Positions 39,710 through 54,257 are shown, counted from the stretch's first letter. The stretch: DNA of 64,000 bases from Octopus vulgaris (GCA_951406725.2 OX597816.1:76198001-76262000), one strand, 5' to 3'. Made by a program: numbers and translations. Notes: generated from the sequence alone by a model not told the origin.

Positions 39710-40038
39710 TATCTCCGCTTAAACGGGGATGTACTATTAGAACAGACTGTACTAGAGAAAATCTCAGTTTGTATTTTTCTCGTGCAAAATGCAATCTAAT
39801 TTATAATGCTAGCGGGGGATGTAAATCCCCGCCACTTCCAGTGCTGAGACTACCAGAAAACGCGATTTCAACTATAGTCTTGTCAATGATAGATACTCAG
39901 CCATTAAAGATAGCAAGGATTCATCTCCCCGCTAGAGTGTATTTTGCACCGAAAAACGCAAAGAGTATGAGATTTCTCTCATGGTAACTACCGCCGTATA
40001 GTTTCTTCTAATACAGCATCCACGTTTAAACGGGGATA
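39710..40038. mobile_element. MITE-like fold-back element with long imperfect TIRs
   Basis: TATCTCCGCTTAAACGGGGATG..TATTAGAA, GAGAAAATCTCA, GTGCAAAAT and CTAGCGGGG each have reverse complements in mirrored order at 39926-40038. Confidence 0.75.
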
Positions 40039-40378
40039 GCTTACGGTATTTTCAAGAATCACGAATTCTCCAGGGACGATATACTGGTAAAGAAAACTAT
40101 GGACTTATTGTCTGGAGAATGGGGACGTTCACATGAAGAAGACTTCTATAAGGAATAGAAAAAGAATGTATTTTAATTCTGGAATAAGCATCAAATCAGT
40201 AACACCAAATAAGCATTGCCAAAACGTTTCATACCTTCTATTATATATTTTTTTCTAAGAAGTACGGTTCACAGAGCAAGATATGAGAGATCTCAGTAAT
40301 CAAAGGAGTAGAAAGTATAGAATTATCAGTTGAACAATCGTTTCTGTATTATTCTATATGTACACACACATGTATACT

Positions 40379-40437
<59 letters not shown>

Positions 40438-40515
40438 GTGTGTGTGTGCGTGTATACATGTGTATGTGATTGTATGCATTTGTATATATGTATACACACA
40501 TACACACACACACAC

Positions 40516-40555
<40 letters not shown>

Positions 40556-40899
40556 TTTTATTTGGGTCTTGAAGAGTTCAGTTAACGAACGAAAGCACTA
40601 ATAATGAATTACCAAAAATTCTGACAACCTATTTTTTCTCAATATACAATATCTGTGCGACACTCCAAACACTTTATACATACATATAGAAATACACACA
40701 CACATACATACACACACACATACATACACACACACATATGCTTTCGGTGCAGATAGTTTTTTATACGGCGCTGTTTTTACCATCCTGTAAATAATAATAA
40801 TGGTGTTTTTATATAATCTCAAAGCTTTTGGCGATCACCTTGCAATGACTAAGAAAAACAGTCAAATAAAGGGCATATAAGCTCTCAACAGAAAAAAGA

Positions 40900-41112
40900 G
40901 TCGACCCCAGTTTTATAAAACTCCGGTACTTATTCTGTCAGTGTCTTTTGCCGAACCGCAAAACTACGGAAACATAGATGCACTATAGCCGATTGTCTAG
41001 CGGTCGTGACACACACGCACACACACATGATAATCTTCTTTCAGGTTCCGTCTGCTAATTGCACTTACAAAAACTTTGCTCGGCCAGAGGCTTTAGTAGT
41101 AGACGTTTGCCA
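40900..41112 (-). mobile_element. Degenerate SINE family C
   Basis: GTACTTATTCT...TTTTGCCGAACCGC...TTCTTTCAG.TTCCGTCT. Confidence 0.7.
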
Positions 41113-41537
41113 AAAAACATCGATATTTCTGTCTTTTTTGTCTTTACTTTGTTGATAATTATTTATGTAAAAGTGGTTTTAACAGTAATAAAAGACTGTC
41201 TCAAGGATTCTGTTTTGTACTGTAGCCTGTTTTAATCAATAAAACATTGCTTTTAGGAGTCTATTAACAACACTACATTATATACCTACGTTACATCTGT
41301 GTTAGTCAAACGTTTAACGACTTTATATCGAAAACTATCTGAGAAATAAATCTTGAACAGCGATAGAAATACAAATTTTGACTGTTTTTATTCGAAAATT
41401 TCCCAATAAGAATTCTTAATTTCCTGATCATTACATTTCTGATACCATACTCAAGAACTCTTGATAATTCGTTCGTTTTGCATAGTATTTGTATATTATC
41501 GACCAAATTTCCAAATTAAAATAACGGGGACACACAC

Positions 41538-41573
<36 letters not shown>

Positions 41574-41867
41574 GAACACAGGCACGCACACACATATATT
41601 ATTTTTTATTTGGTGCAGCTCGAGATTTATAGCACGTATCAACTTTTTGTTTGGCAAAAACTTCTAAATACATTACCTGTATGTACGTACATATATACTT
41701 ATATACACGCATACAAATTTACATGTATACATACATACATACATACATACATACATACATACAAACTTACATACATACATACATACTTCCATACATACAT
41801 ACATACATACATACATACATACATACATACATACATACATACATACATACGTATATACATACATACA

Positions 41868-42022
41868 TCTGATGAGGAATGTTACAAGTATCTAGGGGGT
41901 TGATGAAAACACATCTGACAATGACACCTGTAACAAAATGTGTGTCACTAAAGAATATTAAATCCGAATAAAGAAAATGTGGACCTCAGAACTCTCTACA
42001 TTCAACAAAAGAGTGGCCCACA
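41868..42022 (+). pseudogene. R4/Dong-type RT thumb fragment starting right after (TACA)n
   Basis: SDEECYKYLG-(frameshift)-DEN...VTKEY*IRIKKMWTSELSTFNKRVAH. Confidence 0.75.
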
Positions 42023-42200
42023 TGTGTATGCAGACCACCTCCCCTCTCTGGGATGAAGTTAAAATAATAGACAGAGAACACCACTGAAAAATAGGAAAAC
42101 TAAAAGAAGCAGCACATATGCTAGGACACAACAACCTCCTAAGGAGATCGAATGCAGATATGAACAGCATATGGGAATCGGTATTAAGGAAGGACAGGAA
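42023..42200 (+). pseudogene. Penelope GIY-YIG C-terminal fragment
   Basis: LWDEVKIIDREHH*KIGKLKEAAHM...MNSIWESVL matches HxxxWxxVKILDxExxWxxRKxKEA...IW. Confidence 0.7.
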
Positions 42201-43358
42201 AATATTAGATTTATAAGCCCTAAAATTCACTCCATAATTGCTCACCGGCATATGGGGTAGTGGTTTAGAGCGCAGGCTACTAACCCCCAGGTACCATGCT
42301 AAAATTTGTTTCTCTCGGAACTCTCCTAATATTTTTCTCTCTCCTGTATTTTGTCTAACATTACTGTTACTCTGTTGCTAAACAAACACCAGTGAGTTGT
42401 AAAAGCCAATCGATATATACGACTACAAGAACCCGGACGCAAAATAATTTTACTTCCCAAGGCTTCGTTATTAGGTAGTATAATTAAATCGCTGCTTGGC
42501 GTGTCTTAACCCCTCCACGCCTTCAAATTTGACATTTAAACTTTAGATATAACGCTAGTGACTTAATTTGAACTTTTCATCTTTGGGTTGGCTGTTGGGC
42601 GAATTATAGATTAAACACGTTTACAGAAATAACTTTTACCCTGAGTCAAAAGATATCATAGAAATTTATAGAAAAAATCTTTAATAGAAGGAATTTCAGT
42701 GCACACTGACACAAAATTGCTTGTTTGTTAGTTCTACAATATAATGGAGTATTTGGCTTTGGGATAAATGTTTACCTAGAACTAGGAAGAAATTAAATGG
42801 AACTGTATTATATTTTTCAATTTCTGCTAGGTTGTGATTGTGAATGAAAATAATTATGTTTGATATATGTGCGTACCTGTATTTCTCGAAGAAATATCAA
42901 ATATACTGGAAATAAGAGAATAGATATAGGTTAAATATTACCGAAAAAATTATCTTATTTGTCAATAAATTATAATCCGTTTCGCGAGACTGTGCATCCC
43001 ATTGAAATATGATTTGATTTATAACCTCAAAACAAGCTATATTTCATCACTCTCAATAAATAAATAGATCTGTGGATTTGCTAAGAGCACTATATCTTCA
43101 CATTCTCAACATGATTTGTTGCTGCAAATGTAATATATAATGATTGCATATCGAATTGCGTATGACATGCGAAAATTCATTATTGTCATGCAGAATTATA
43201 CTGTCTGTGAAATACGCAGCTACATATAACGTATGTGGTTGAGTATTCCTGATATTTAAACTGCAGGTTATAGTTCTCAAGCGATGATTGGAAGACAAAC
43301 AGACACAAAGTCACACACACATACACACACACGCGCACACACACGCGCACACACACAG

Positions 43359-43416
<58 letters not shown>

Positions 43417-43645
43417 TCATATCAAAGGGAATTGGAAATTAATAGAAATTTTCGCTTACTGTAGCCTAGCGTGTAAACGTTTAGTCCAAAAGACTATGTA
43501 TTAGTCATAAAATACAGTGTACATTTAAACACATAAGGAATCCACTCATGGGATTCAACACGCTAGAAAGAACAGCTAGATTCTATAACCACAAAATTAG
43601 GGATAAAATTCGACAGGAATTAAATGAAAAAATAAAAACATTTTA

Positions 43646-43716
<71 letters not shown>

Positions 43717-43717
<1 letters not shown>

Positions 43718-44890
43718 TAGCATTAAAGACCCGTCGTTGCCGAGTCATAGTACTAGTGCATGTATATATGTGTATATATATATATATATATATGTATACA
43801 TATTACATGTACATCTATATATGTATACATCTACACATAAAATACAAAATACAAAGTTATATCTTGATATCGCTAGTGATAACAATGCTCAAAATATATA
43901 ACAGACTGGAATTGTTAGCCCGTTTCTTGTAATTTCTATCAATTGTATCTTATCCTCTCTCTTGTATAGAAGTGTGGCTACAATCCAGCCTACCTCTACT
44001 TCTAGGGGGGGGGGGGGCATTAAAATATTTTTCTCCGGGATGTCCTACGTCCCAGATACAAGGGTAAAAATAAAATATTTCCACTTTGCAAGTTCGAGTC
44101 GACTACTCCCTTGCACGCTCCGTTGACTCGAACCTTGCTTCTAATGTGGCGAATTTACCGCCTCTGATTAGATACCTTTCATAGTCGCACCAAACACTTT
44201 TCGAAGGTGCTTTCCTCCATTTGTTCAAATCTTCTTTTTTCTCTACATTGTATGCTTTATAGACAATAGTCTTTTCTTTAATTTAATTTGTTATTATCCA
44301 TCTGCACTATTCCATTTCTGCACGCTAATTTTATTTTCAATTTATTCCCATTCATGTGAAACCACTTATTCAAGCTCAAGTCATTGAATGCAATTTTATA
44401 CCAATTGCTATTTTTACTTTTGTTTTATGTTACGATTATATTATACTTTAGTTTGATTTTAATTATTACTTACTACATATAATTCAATTGTTATTATTAT
44501 TTTTATTGTTAAAGTGAAAATATCTGACATAAAATAGAGAAACGTTTTGCTATGGGCTCGCTCTAGGCAAGAAGTTGAACATTTTTTTCCCATGAAACTA
44601 CATGGACCCTAAATAAGGCATGTGTACAATTTGAATGGAATTGGTTGTGTAGTTCTCAAGTTTTAGGGAATCGTAGAGGAGAAGATATGATATTGCTATG
44701 GGCTCGCCCTATAGCAGAAAGTTCAAAATTGTTTTTGCCGATGACACTCCCCGGACCCTTAGTAAGGCATGTGTAAAATTTGAATGAAATTGGTTGTGTA
44801 GTTCTCAAGTTTTAGGGAAACACACAGACAGACAGACATACAGACAGACAGACAGACAGACATACACACATTCTCAGTTTTCTATATATA
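43717..44890 (-). mobile_element. Non-autonomous Helitron (Lep1/DINE-like layout)
   Basis: Minus-strand 3' end has hairpin ACTCG-GCAACGA-CGGGT (43729-43745) 8 nt before a terminal CTAG followed by T; far end has (ACAG)n then TTTTCTATATATA; internal tandem repeat of about 145 bp (44548-44818). Confidence 0.65.
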
Positions 44891-45037
44891 TGCGACAGGC
44901 ATCTTTCAGTTTCCGTCTATCATTTCCACACTCACAATATTGGCCCGAAGCTACAGTAGAACACACTTGCACAAGATACCTCTCAGTGGAACTGAACCCA
45001 GAACCATGTGCTCGAGAGGCAAGTTTCTTACCACACA
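44891..45037 (-). mobile_element. SINE family C head
   Basis: CTTTCAGTTTCCGTCTA...ACTGAACCC.GAACCATGTG...CTTACCACAC. Confidence 0.8.
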
Positions 45038-45261
45038 TATCTGTATATACATAGTATGTATGTATGTATGTATGTATGTATGTATGTATGTATGTATGTA
45101 TGTATGTATGTATGTATGTATCTCTATCTATCTATTTATCTATCAATCTATCGAGGAATATACGTACATATTTATACATTCTGACTGAGTCTTTCATGCG
45201 TTAACATGTACATATTTATGCTGTATATATATATAGATATATTATTATACACATGCTGGTG

Positions 45262-45302
<41 letters not shown>

Positions 45303-46999
45303 ACCTACACATTCCATTGCAGAGAAATAGATTTTTCGATAAGTATTTCGGGTACACACACTTAATTCAAAAACACCGTGTATCATATTAGCGGGGTTGT
45401 TTTATGCCTAAAATATTTCTAGTTATTATTGGCTATCTGAGTAATTTTTAGAACAGGTTATTGTAATTATGTCTTGACAAACTAGAAACTAAAAAGATAT
45501 ACTTAACACATTTCGTTTTACTATATAATATATATATTTACTATATAAAAATAAACGTAACTTTGAAATTCTTTAAATATAACCTTTCAATGTTTCATGG
45601 TGCTTCACATTTGTTTTACATATTCTCGAATTAAGCATCTTGTTTAAAATCCTAATGTTGTCATATGACTTTTGGCAATCACAAATTTTGGGGTGGAATT
45701 CTCCTTAATCTTTACCCATGTTCATCCTCTGAATATAGCTAATTACATTTGGTACTACATTCATGGGATTTCTCGTATTGCATTGAAAAATACAATACCT
45801 ACCCTGCGACCTAATACATGTCAATAATTGTTTTGTAAAAATCCCGCGAAACAGAAACTTAGTTTAATATTGGAATACTGAAACAAGTTGCTGCCGTTAT
45901 GCATAATGGGAATTGTTGGGCATGTAAAGCACTATACTCTATTATTCCTCGAATAACACTTTTAATAAGAGCTGACAGGAGGGTTGAACCAAAACATATT
46001 TCATCGCAACCCTATCACAAGGCAAAAATAGATTCTCAATTCTTTTAAATATCTTAGTTAGGAGAGTAGAGGAATAGCCTTCACTTTTGTAGATTCTCCA
46101 AAATCTATGACCTGAGTGTAGTTTATGATCAGTTTGAATTTCAACAGATTGAACAAACCAAATGAAAAAGTGGGCTACTGGGTAGTTTAGGATATGTAGT
46201 TCGAATAAAAAGGGAAATGGTTAAGTAGAGCTTCGGCCGAGATACACTATACGCTGCATATGATAACTGATTGGAGAGGTCGGTGGAATTCATTCTATAA
46301 CCAGAATTCTTCAGCGGTTCTACCTCAGGCTTTCTTTCACCGTTCAGGCGTCCGATTGCGATGTAGTGTCAATCTTAGTGCCTGTAAGCTGATAGCATTA
46401 CCGTATCGTAATGAACTAAGAGACAGAAATTGATAAAGAACAAGTTGAAGAGTTGTCGAGTCATCGAACCTTGTTTCCCAATTGCGAGACGAGAATTTGA
46501 GAAATTTGTTAACGGTAGAGATATTATAGAAAAACTCTCTACGCTGGAAGACGATCCGAACCCGACGAAACTGATGTCGGATACCATTGTACATTTATTT
46601 CGGAAAAGCCATTTTGAGAAAGCAGGAGGAATAATAAAATAAAACGCAGATTTTGTGGAAGTTTGCGCTCAATCTAAAGAGAATTTCTTCAGATGATTAA
46701 TAACCACCTTTTGTAAACATGCAGAGAAGCCCTGTTTGGCTGCCTGATAGCAATTTTGTCATAGGTATAAAAGACCAAAAATAATTCATATAAAATCGGC
46801 TAATTTTTTTTATGCACGTCCTTTCCATATTTTTCGAAGATGGATAATTAACAAAAGTCAGTAAAAAGAACGTAAATGGTAAAAATGGTAAAAATAGGAT
46901 AGCAGCATCTTTTTATGGAATATTCAGGAGAATTCAATTAGAAATAATGTTTTCCGATTACTGGTTTTATAGAATTATATAAAGGCCAAAACCCTACTC

Positions 47000-47030
<31 letters not shown>

Positions 47031-47143
47031 CGTGTGAGTGCATGTGCGTGTGTGTGTAAGTGTATATATGCACACATGCATATGTGTATATATATACATA
47101 TGTACATACATATATGCATATATATATACACATGCATATATAA

Positions 47144-47195
<52 letters not shown>

Positions 47196-47202
47196 GTATA
47201 TA

Positions 47203-47247
<45 letters not shown>

Positions 47248-48663
47248 TTATATTTCGTTCTCATAAACTTTAATTCGTATCTGAAGCGTGCACATATTTT
47301 ACATTTTTGTGAGAAACGCAAAATCCTCATACTGTTTCTCTCACATTGTAAAATAGTTTCAAGAACTGAAGTTGCTGACAGTTAACATAGTATTATTAAA
47401 ATCGATAACGTATGCTAAAATAATGGATCTGCTTCATTTCCTCAGGAAATCAAGTAAATGTAATACGAAAGTAAAATTATAAAAACAAGCATTCATTATT
47501 CAGATGAAAGGAATAAGAAAGAAAGTGACAAAGGTTTGTATGTTATAGAAGTGGATTTTTGAATAAAAATTTAAGAAAATAAGCGTTTTCCTTCGTACTG
47601 GAGCTATATTAAGTTGAATAAGGTTCGTTCAGGATATTCTGCATTTTTAATTCTGCTTTCCTTTTTGTAATATTCTGCAAGCATGTATACACACGTACGC
47701 ACGCATACATGTACTCACATACATATGCATATACCAACACTCCCAAATACACAACACAGGTATGTTGGCGTGTGAGTGTTTTTAAGAGTGTGTGTGTCTG
47801 TGTGCTAGCGTGTACTATATAAGATGAATAGCTATTAGTCTATCCTTGCCATCATTTTTGAGTAATATATATACATTTCTCCCGTGGTAATTGAAAAGCA
47901 GTTTATTATATCCTTTTCATTAACACGGAGAATTTATTTGAACTTAATCCCATTTCTTTATATATAACGGAAAAAAGTATCACCCTCGCTTATAATATCA
48001 TAATTTAGCCTGCAGTAATGCATTGTACTTCACATTTTCTCATTTTTTTGTTGATCACGTTTGTCCTCCAACTCATATCGTCAAATTTTGTAGAGTATAA
48101 TAAAATGAATGCCGATCTCTTTAACTATCAACCCATTCAAATGTTCATTCAAAATTTTGAAGAAAAATATGCTCAACTATATAGGAAAGGGGCGAATACG
48201 AAAGCAGTAGGAAGATGAGAGTTAATGATGATTGATGCAAACTTATACAACATCATAGGACACGAAGCAAAGAAAATAGAATGAGTATGAAAATTGAATC
48301 GATGATTTACGCGAACTCCACAACTAGATGTCATTAAAGAATAATTTATTTACTGGGAATGGATTAATTTTTGGCAGTAAAAATGTCCCCAGAGTACTAA
48401 ACCCTGAAGTGAAAGAAATTTATTCAGTCTTTTAAGAGAATTTTCAAGGCAAAGAAGTTTAAGCTAAAATCATCATATCAGTGAAATTCTTAAATCATAT
48501 ACGAATGATACACACACATGTATGATATATACATGTTCACATATGTCTGTATGTGTGTAGTTTTAGGATATTTTCAATGGATAACAACTAACAATTACTG
48601 AGATATCAATATTTTAGGTTTTCAATAATTCGTGTGCGTAAGGCTGACAGAGTAAATATATAC

Positions 48664-48731
<68 letters not shown>

Positions 48732-48989
48732 GTACATACATACATAAATCAAAATAAAGGGAAAAAAGAAACAAATATTTCTTCATTAGCATTTTATCAT
48801 TAATATTAACATATGGAAGGTGATGCGTCTTAAAATACCGTTCACCAGTATGTAATCGATGATCGAATATATCCGAAAACTATTCCCGGAAAGTAAAATA
48901 TACATATACATAAATATTAATACGTACATGCATACGCTTGTATTACATACAAAGAAACATGAATACCCAACACGCATATACATTATATT

Positions 48990-49213
48990 TCTCGTTGCTT
49001 CAGTCCACTCAGCTTGGGGAAATAAGTAGTATCTGTATTTCAAAGGGCCAGCCTTGTCACACATAGTGTCACGCTGGATCTCCCCTGGAACTACGTTAAG
49101 AGTACACGTGTCTGTGGACTGCTCAGCCACATGCACGTTAATTTCACGAGTAGGCTGTTCCATTGATTGTATCGATCAACTAGAACCCTCGTCGTCGTAA
49201 CCGACGGAGTGCC
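48990..49213 (+). mobile_element. 5'-truncated SINE: family B-like core plus the tail shared with 13058-13237
   Basis: GTTGCTTCAGTCCACTCAGC...CCCTCGTCGTCGTAACCGACGG. Confidence 0.8.
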
Positions 49214-49251
49214 GTTATTATTTATAAATATATATTTATATATATATGTAG

Positions 49252-49293
<42 letters not shown>

Positions 49294-49920
49294 CTCCAAT
49301 ACACCACGACGTTTGAACCTTTTTGAACTTTTTTGAAATTTCTGTTATTTTTCTTATTCCTTTTTTTCTTATTCTGTTTCCTCATAATGCGTATGTTGTT
49401 ACTTTGCCTCTCTCTTTCCCTCTTCCTCTCCCTTTGTTTTCCTTTTCATATTCTCTTCTTCTTTTCTTCTCCTTTTCTCTCCGTTTCTTCTTTTTTCCTT
49501 TTTCTTTCTCTTTTGATATTTTTCTTCGCCTGCCTTTTGAATTATCTTATGACGCCTTTTGAATTTTTTGAACTTTTATCCTCCATACCTCATTACTTTG
49601 CTTTTGTCTCTTCCCTTTTCTTCCTCCTTTTTTCAATCATGCTCGATTACAAATCTTTCCTCCTCCACTTTCACTACCGCCTAAAGGAACACCTTTCCAC
49701 ATTTACTTTCCGCTGCTTTCAACCTTCTATTAATCTTTCCCTACTAATTAAAAAAAAAAAAAAAAACACTGTTCTCTAGCCACGTTCTATTGTCACTCGC
49801 TGCCTTCACCACCGCATCATCGGCAAAGGTTTCTGCCTCCATTTCCATCCCACTTTCCACTCTGCTTCATTTATCTTACCCATACCACGTGCTACTTCCT
49901 ACCGCCTTATGCATGCATAA

Positions 49921-49972
49921 TACCGCTAAGCATTTCGCCCGGCGTGCTAACGTTTATGCCAGCTCGCCGCCC
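49921..49972 (-). mobile_element. SINE-D head fragment inside the PLE remnant
   Basis: Reverse complement of AGGCGGCGAGCTGGC...CGTTAGCACGCCGGGCGAAATGCTTAGCGGTA. Confidence 0.85.
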
Positions 49973-49974
49973 TA

Positions 49975-50287
49975 ATTTGATCTCCAAATACCTCGACCGT
50001 TTCCTTGCCCCCTTAGTGGTTTCCTTCCCCTCACACAGCCACGACACTAACGATTCTCTTTGTCTTTTCACCTCTTTCTACTTCCATTCTGGCCCTTCTA
50101 AACCCCTCTTCATTCTTGATATCAAGAGTCTATATACCACGAAAGACTTCTTGTCCTCAAACACTTCCTAAATCTTCGACCCAACCCCTAACCTGACATG
50201 TTCACACTTCTTCGTCTGTCCGAACTTGTTCTCTCCCTCAACTGCTTCTCGTTCGCGGGGGAATTTTACCAACAGATCCCGGGAGTG
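49975..50287 (+). pseudogene. Penelope-like RT fragment (Neptune-type motifs)
   Basis: LISKYLDRFLAPLV..PSHSHDT...LFILDIKSLYT then, after a frameshift, LKHFL...TLLRLSELVLSLNCFSFAGEFYQQIPGV. Confidence 0.85.
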
Positions 50288-51053
50288 ACCCTCTTTATCT
50301 GACTCCCCTCCTCTCCTCTCTTCATCTGACACCTACTTGGTCTCTTGGCTCCTATTCACCTCTCCTCTCTTTTCCTCCCTTGCCCTGACACATACTTCCC
50401 ATCCCACACCGCCCACTTCTGCTCCCACATAGCATACTCCTACTACCGTACCCTCACCCCAAACCCACATCCCACACAATTCCGCATACACTAGCACTGA
50501 CAACTTTCCAGCAACCACACCATCATACACACACCCACACATTACAGACACACACTTTCACACGCACACGTCCATACTTCAAAGTCACCAGACCCTGTCC
50601 ACACGCACACACCCACTCTTACATACACATACTTCGTTTTGACATCACTAATACTTTATTATTTCCCCTTCTTCCTGGCTCTCTTGTTTAACTACCTTTG
50701 TCCATCCAGTCGCCATGATTGACCGCTAACTCGAGACCCTGTCTACACGCACACACCCACTTTTGCATAATCATACACACGCGCAACTTCGTTTTGGGAT
50801 CACCAATACTTTATTATTTCCTCTTCTTCCTGGCTCTCTTGTTTAACTTCCTTTGTCCAGTCAGTCGCCAGGATTGACCGTTACTTCAAAAGTTTTTTTA
50901 TTCTCTCTCTGTTTACTTTTTTGCATTCCTTTCTGTTGAAGAGTGTAGGCTCGAAACGTAAAATACTTTCTCACCTTCCTGAACTTCGAACTAACACACA
51001 TGCTTGTTGTTTTTACACCTGTCTTCGTCTTTTGTTTTCCAGTAAATTTCAAC
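50288..51053 (+). mobile_element. PLE 3' region and pseudo-LTR with a tandem duplication of about 144 bp (50593-50885)
   Basis: Follows the PLE RT on the same strand, ends at (TA)/(TACA)n; homologous to the 15088 and 39120 pieces. Confidence 0.7.
50928..50965 (+). ncRNA. Variant minimal hammerhead (CUGUUGAA core)
   Basis: CCUUU-CUGUUGAA-GAGU guag GCUC-GAA-ACGU-A-AAAUA. Confidence 0.6.
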
Positions 51054-51065
51054 GATATATATACA

Positions 51066-51331
<266 letters not shown>

Positions 51332-52090
51332 GTTCAAAGTTTCGCCAAACTTTACTTATCAAACTGCATTGTAGTAAGAGAAAATATCAATAGAAGTGCC
51401 TTTAAAATGTATAAAGTAAAGGTTGAATCAATTGTAGTGGGCGGAGTAGAACATGCGAAAAGTTTGAAAGGATATAGATATGACGATAATTTGGTTATAG
51501 TAAATATATAATAAAAGGGTGGAAGAACACAACGATGAATAAAAATGAGATCAAGGTTGATTCAGTGAATGTATATGCAGGAGATATTTAATGTACAATA
51601 GATTAAACAGATTATTCTAGCGGTTGAACAACATGAAATAACAGTGTTCGTTGGCAAAACAGGGTATATGTATGTATGTACGCATGTAAGTATGCATGTA
51701 TGTATTATATACTATCATATACATGTGTGTGTGTGTGTGTGTGTATAACATATAGATAGATGTACACGTATATGTGTGAATATCCAGAGAGATAGAGACT
51801 GGAGCAGCGACAGGGAGAGAGGAGACGAGAGAGAACGGGAGAGAGGAAGAAAGACAGAGAGATAACGACTGTAATAGAAGTATAAAGCAAAACAGGACGT
51901 GCTACTTATGAGTACAATATATTTGTGAATTTGGAGCCAAAGTTTACAAGGTTGTATTAGTATTCAGTCTTTCATTATTACTTGTCCGTCAATAAGTGCA
52001 TATATGTATGTGTATGTATGTATGTATGTATGTATGTATGTATGTATGTATGTATGTATGTATGTATGTATGTATGTATGTATGTCTGTA

Positions 52091-52129
<39 letters not shown>

Positions 52130-52600
52130 ATGTCTGTCTGTATGTATGTATGTATGTATGTATGTATGTATATATATATATATATATATATGTGGATATA
52201 TATATGTATAAATATATATATATAAATATATACACCTCTATATATACACACTGCACACACATAAATACATTCGTTCAATAAACCGCACTCTGCATTTGTT
52301 CAGGGCAAACACCAATGTTACCATTTACTGTATCCTATGTGGTCGATGCACATCATTGGAATACTTAAAACGAATATCTAACATTTCATAAATGAATGTA
52401 TGCGTTAGATAACGGAGTAATACATACAAAACGCCTGAAATGAAGCAGTGAGTGTTCTGAATGGAATCCCTCTGATCATAGGCTCTCTTAATTATAGGAT
52501 ATCAGGTTAAGCAACAGCGACCATTGCACAAATGCTTGTCGTAGGTGAGTTGTGTACAGTATTTTAGTACCAACCTATGTTTATGTTCGTAATAGTTCAA

Positions 52601-52912
52601 AGGCGCATGGTTCAGCGGTTAGAGTGTTGGGCTTACAATCGTCAGGTTGCGTGTTCGATTTCTGAACTGGGTTGGTTTGTGTTCTTGAGCAAGACACTTT
52701 ATATCACGTTGCTCCAGTTCACTCAGCTGTTAGAACGAGTTTCAGCGGCTCTGGTGGTAAGTTGTATCGGCCTTTGCCTTTCCCTAGGATGGCATTGGTG
52801 ACGTGGAGAGGAGAGACAGTTTAGCATGGACGACGGCTGAGCTTCTATAACCAAACTTGCCTCAGAGAGGTACTTTCTAGGTGCAATCCCATGAAGGTCT
52901 TTATCCTTTACC
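52601..52912 (+). mobile_element. SINE family B
   Basis: Homologous to 9179-9497; retains TTCTTGAGCAAGACACTT. Confidence 0.82.
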
Positions 52913-54257
52913 CACGTATACCGGAAGAGTGCAAATAGTAGAAGTTAGTATACGCAATGACACACAAACGCGCCTGCGTACAGATTCTCTCTCACATACA
53001 TATCCGTCGTTGTATAACGGTCCGGAGGAGGAGTGCCCAATTCAGATGAAAACTGCCGGTCCAGTGGTTGTTACGCTGGACTTGCAATGGTGTGCTCCCA
53101 CTTCTTCAGGCAAGTCAGACTTGAGGGAAAGAGACGTTACCCCTCCATTAATATATCTGTGAGTGTGTGAATATATGTATGGCAGTTGCATGAGATTGAT
53201 ACCATGAAATTCCTTGAATTGAGATCTATCGTTTAAGATTAATTGAAATATAGTTTATTGTTAAAATAAAAAAAGTTAATTATACTTAGCTCAAATTTTT
53301 TTTGCCTTACTCATATTTTATTCATGATATTTTATCTCACAATTTTTTTGTTACAAATTTTTCTTTCATGGGACCAAAACTAAAATTCCTTATGCTTTCT
53401 TCTCTCATTGAAGCTAAGATAAATATATTTTGCACGTAAAATAAAAAAAAAGTTATTTACATTTAACTTTATTGGAGGCGTTACTTACTCTCCTATAACA
53501 TTGCTACAAATTTTGATGTAAACTTTTTTCTGGACCAAATCTCAATTCTTTATGCCCAAATGTAGCTATGTATCAGCCTTCTTCAAATATATTAACAGTT
53601 TGCAATTTGGTTAAGAACTCAATAAGCGACAAAGCCCTGAAGATGCTGCGTGTGAGTAAATTACGGTCTTAAGAACATTGTTTAACTACTACTGTAGTTG
53701 AATGATATAATGAATTGGAAACACCGAAAACCAGCACATTAGCGCTAAAATCAGTTCTAGTGCCTTGACTTTTATAAATATTTTTACGAATTTTACAAAT
53801 ATTTTTGTCTCCACCAGCCTACCACTTCTCTTGACTTCTATTTTTTTGTGACTTTCTTCTGTACAAAATAGATAAGACTGAATATTTGAGACCTTTAGTT
53901 ATAGTTTTAAATTAAATTTTGTTCAGAATTGTTTTCCGTAGATTTTCATATAGCTCTATTGCATATATCATTTGGGCATTATATTTTAAATCCATTTCCT
54001 GAAAAGTCTATTTTCGTAAACATTCATGATTCATGTAAGGTTTCTGTTTCAATCTAAATGATATGAATATTACAATATTCTTTGAATCTCATATAGATCT
54101 CATTTTTATTGAATTAGAAAGAATTTTCAAAGACGTCACATAAAAGGATTAGGATATGACAGTTATCTACGCATCGGTTTGTAGATATGTTTGTATGATG
54201 TTGTGCAAGTGGATCAATGGATGACTGATAGATTAATAGACATTTAGATAAATAGAT

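Noticed and set aside
46280-46642. Minus-strand CUGAAGA-AUUCU/AGAAU-GAAU motif and overlapping 70-85 aa ORFs
   Set aside because: GAAU instead of GAAA, no stem I or III; the ORFs have no recognisable domain
49323-49779. Hydrophobic F/L/S-rich ORFs as membrane proteins
   Set aside because: Low-complexity pyrimidine tract upstream of the PLE RT relic
53636-53672. CTGAAGATG... as a hammerhead
   Set aside because: GAAA absent and stems unconvincing
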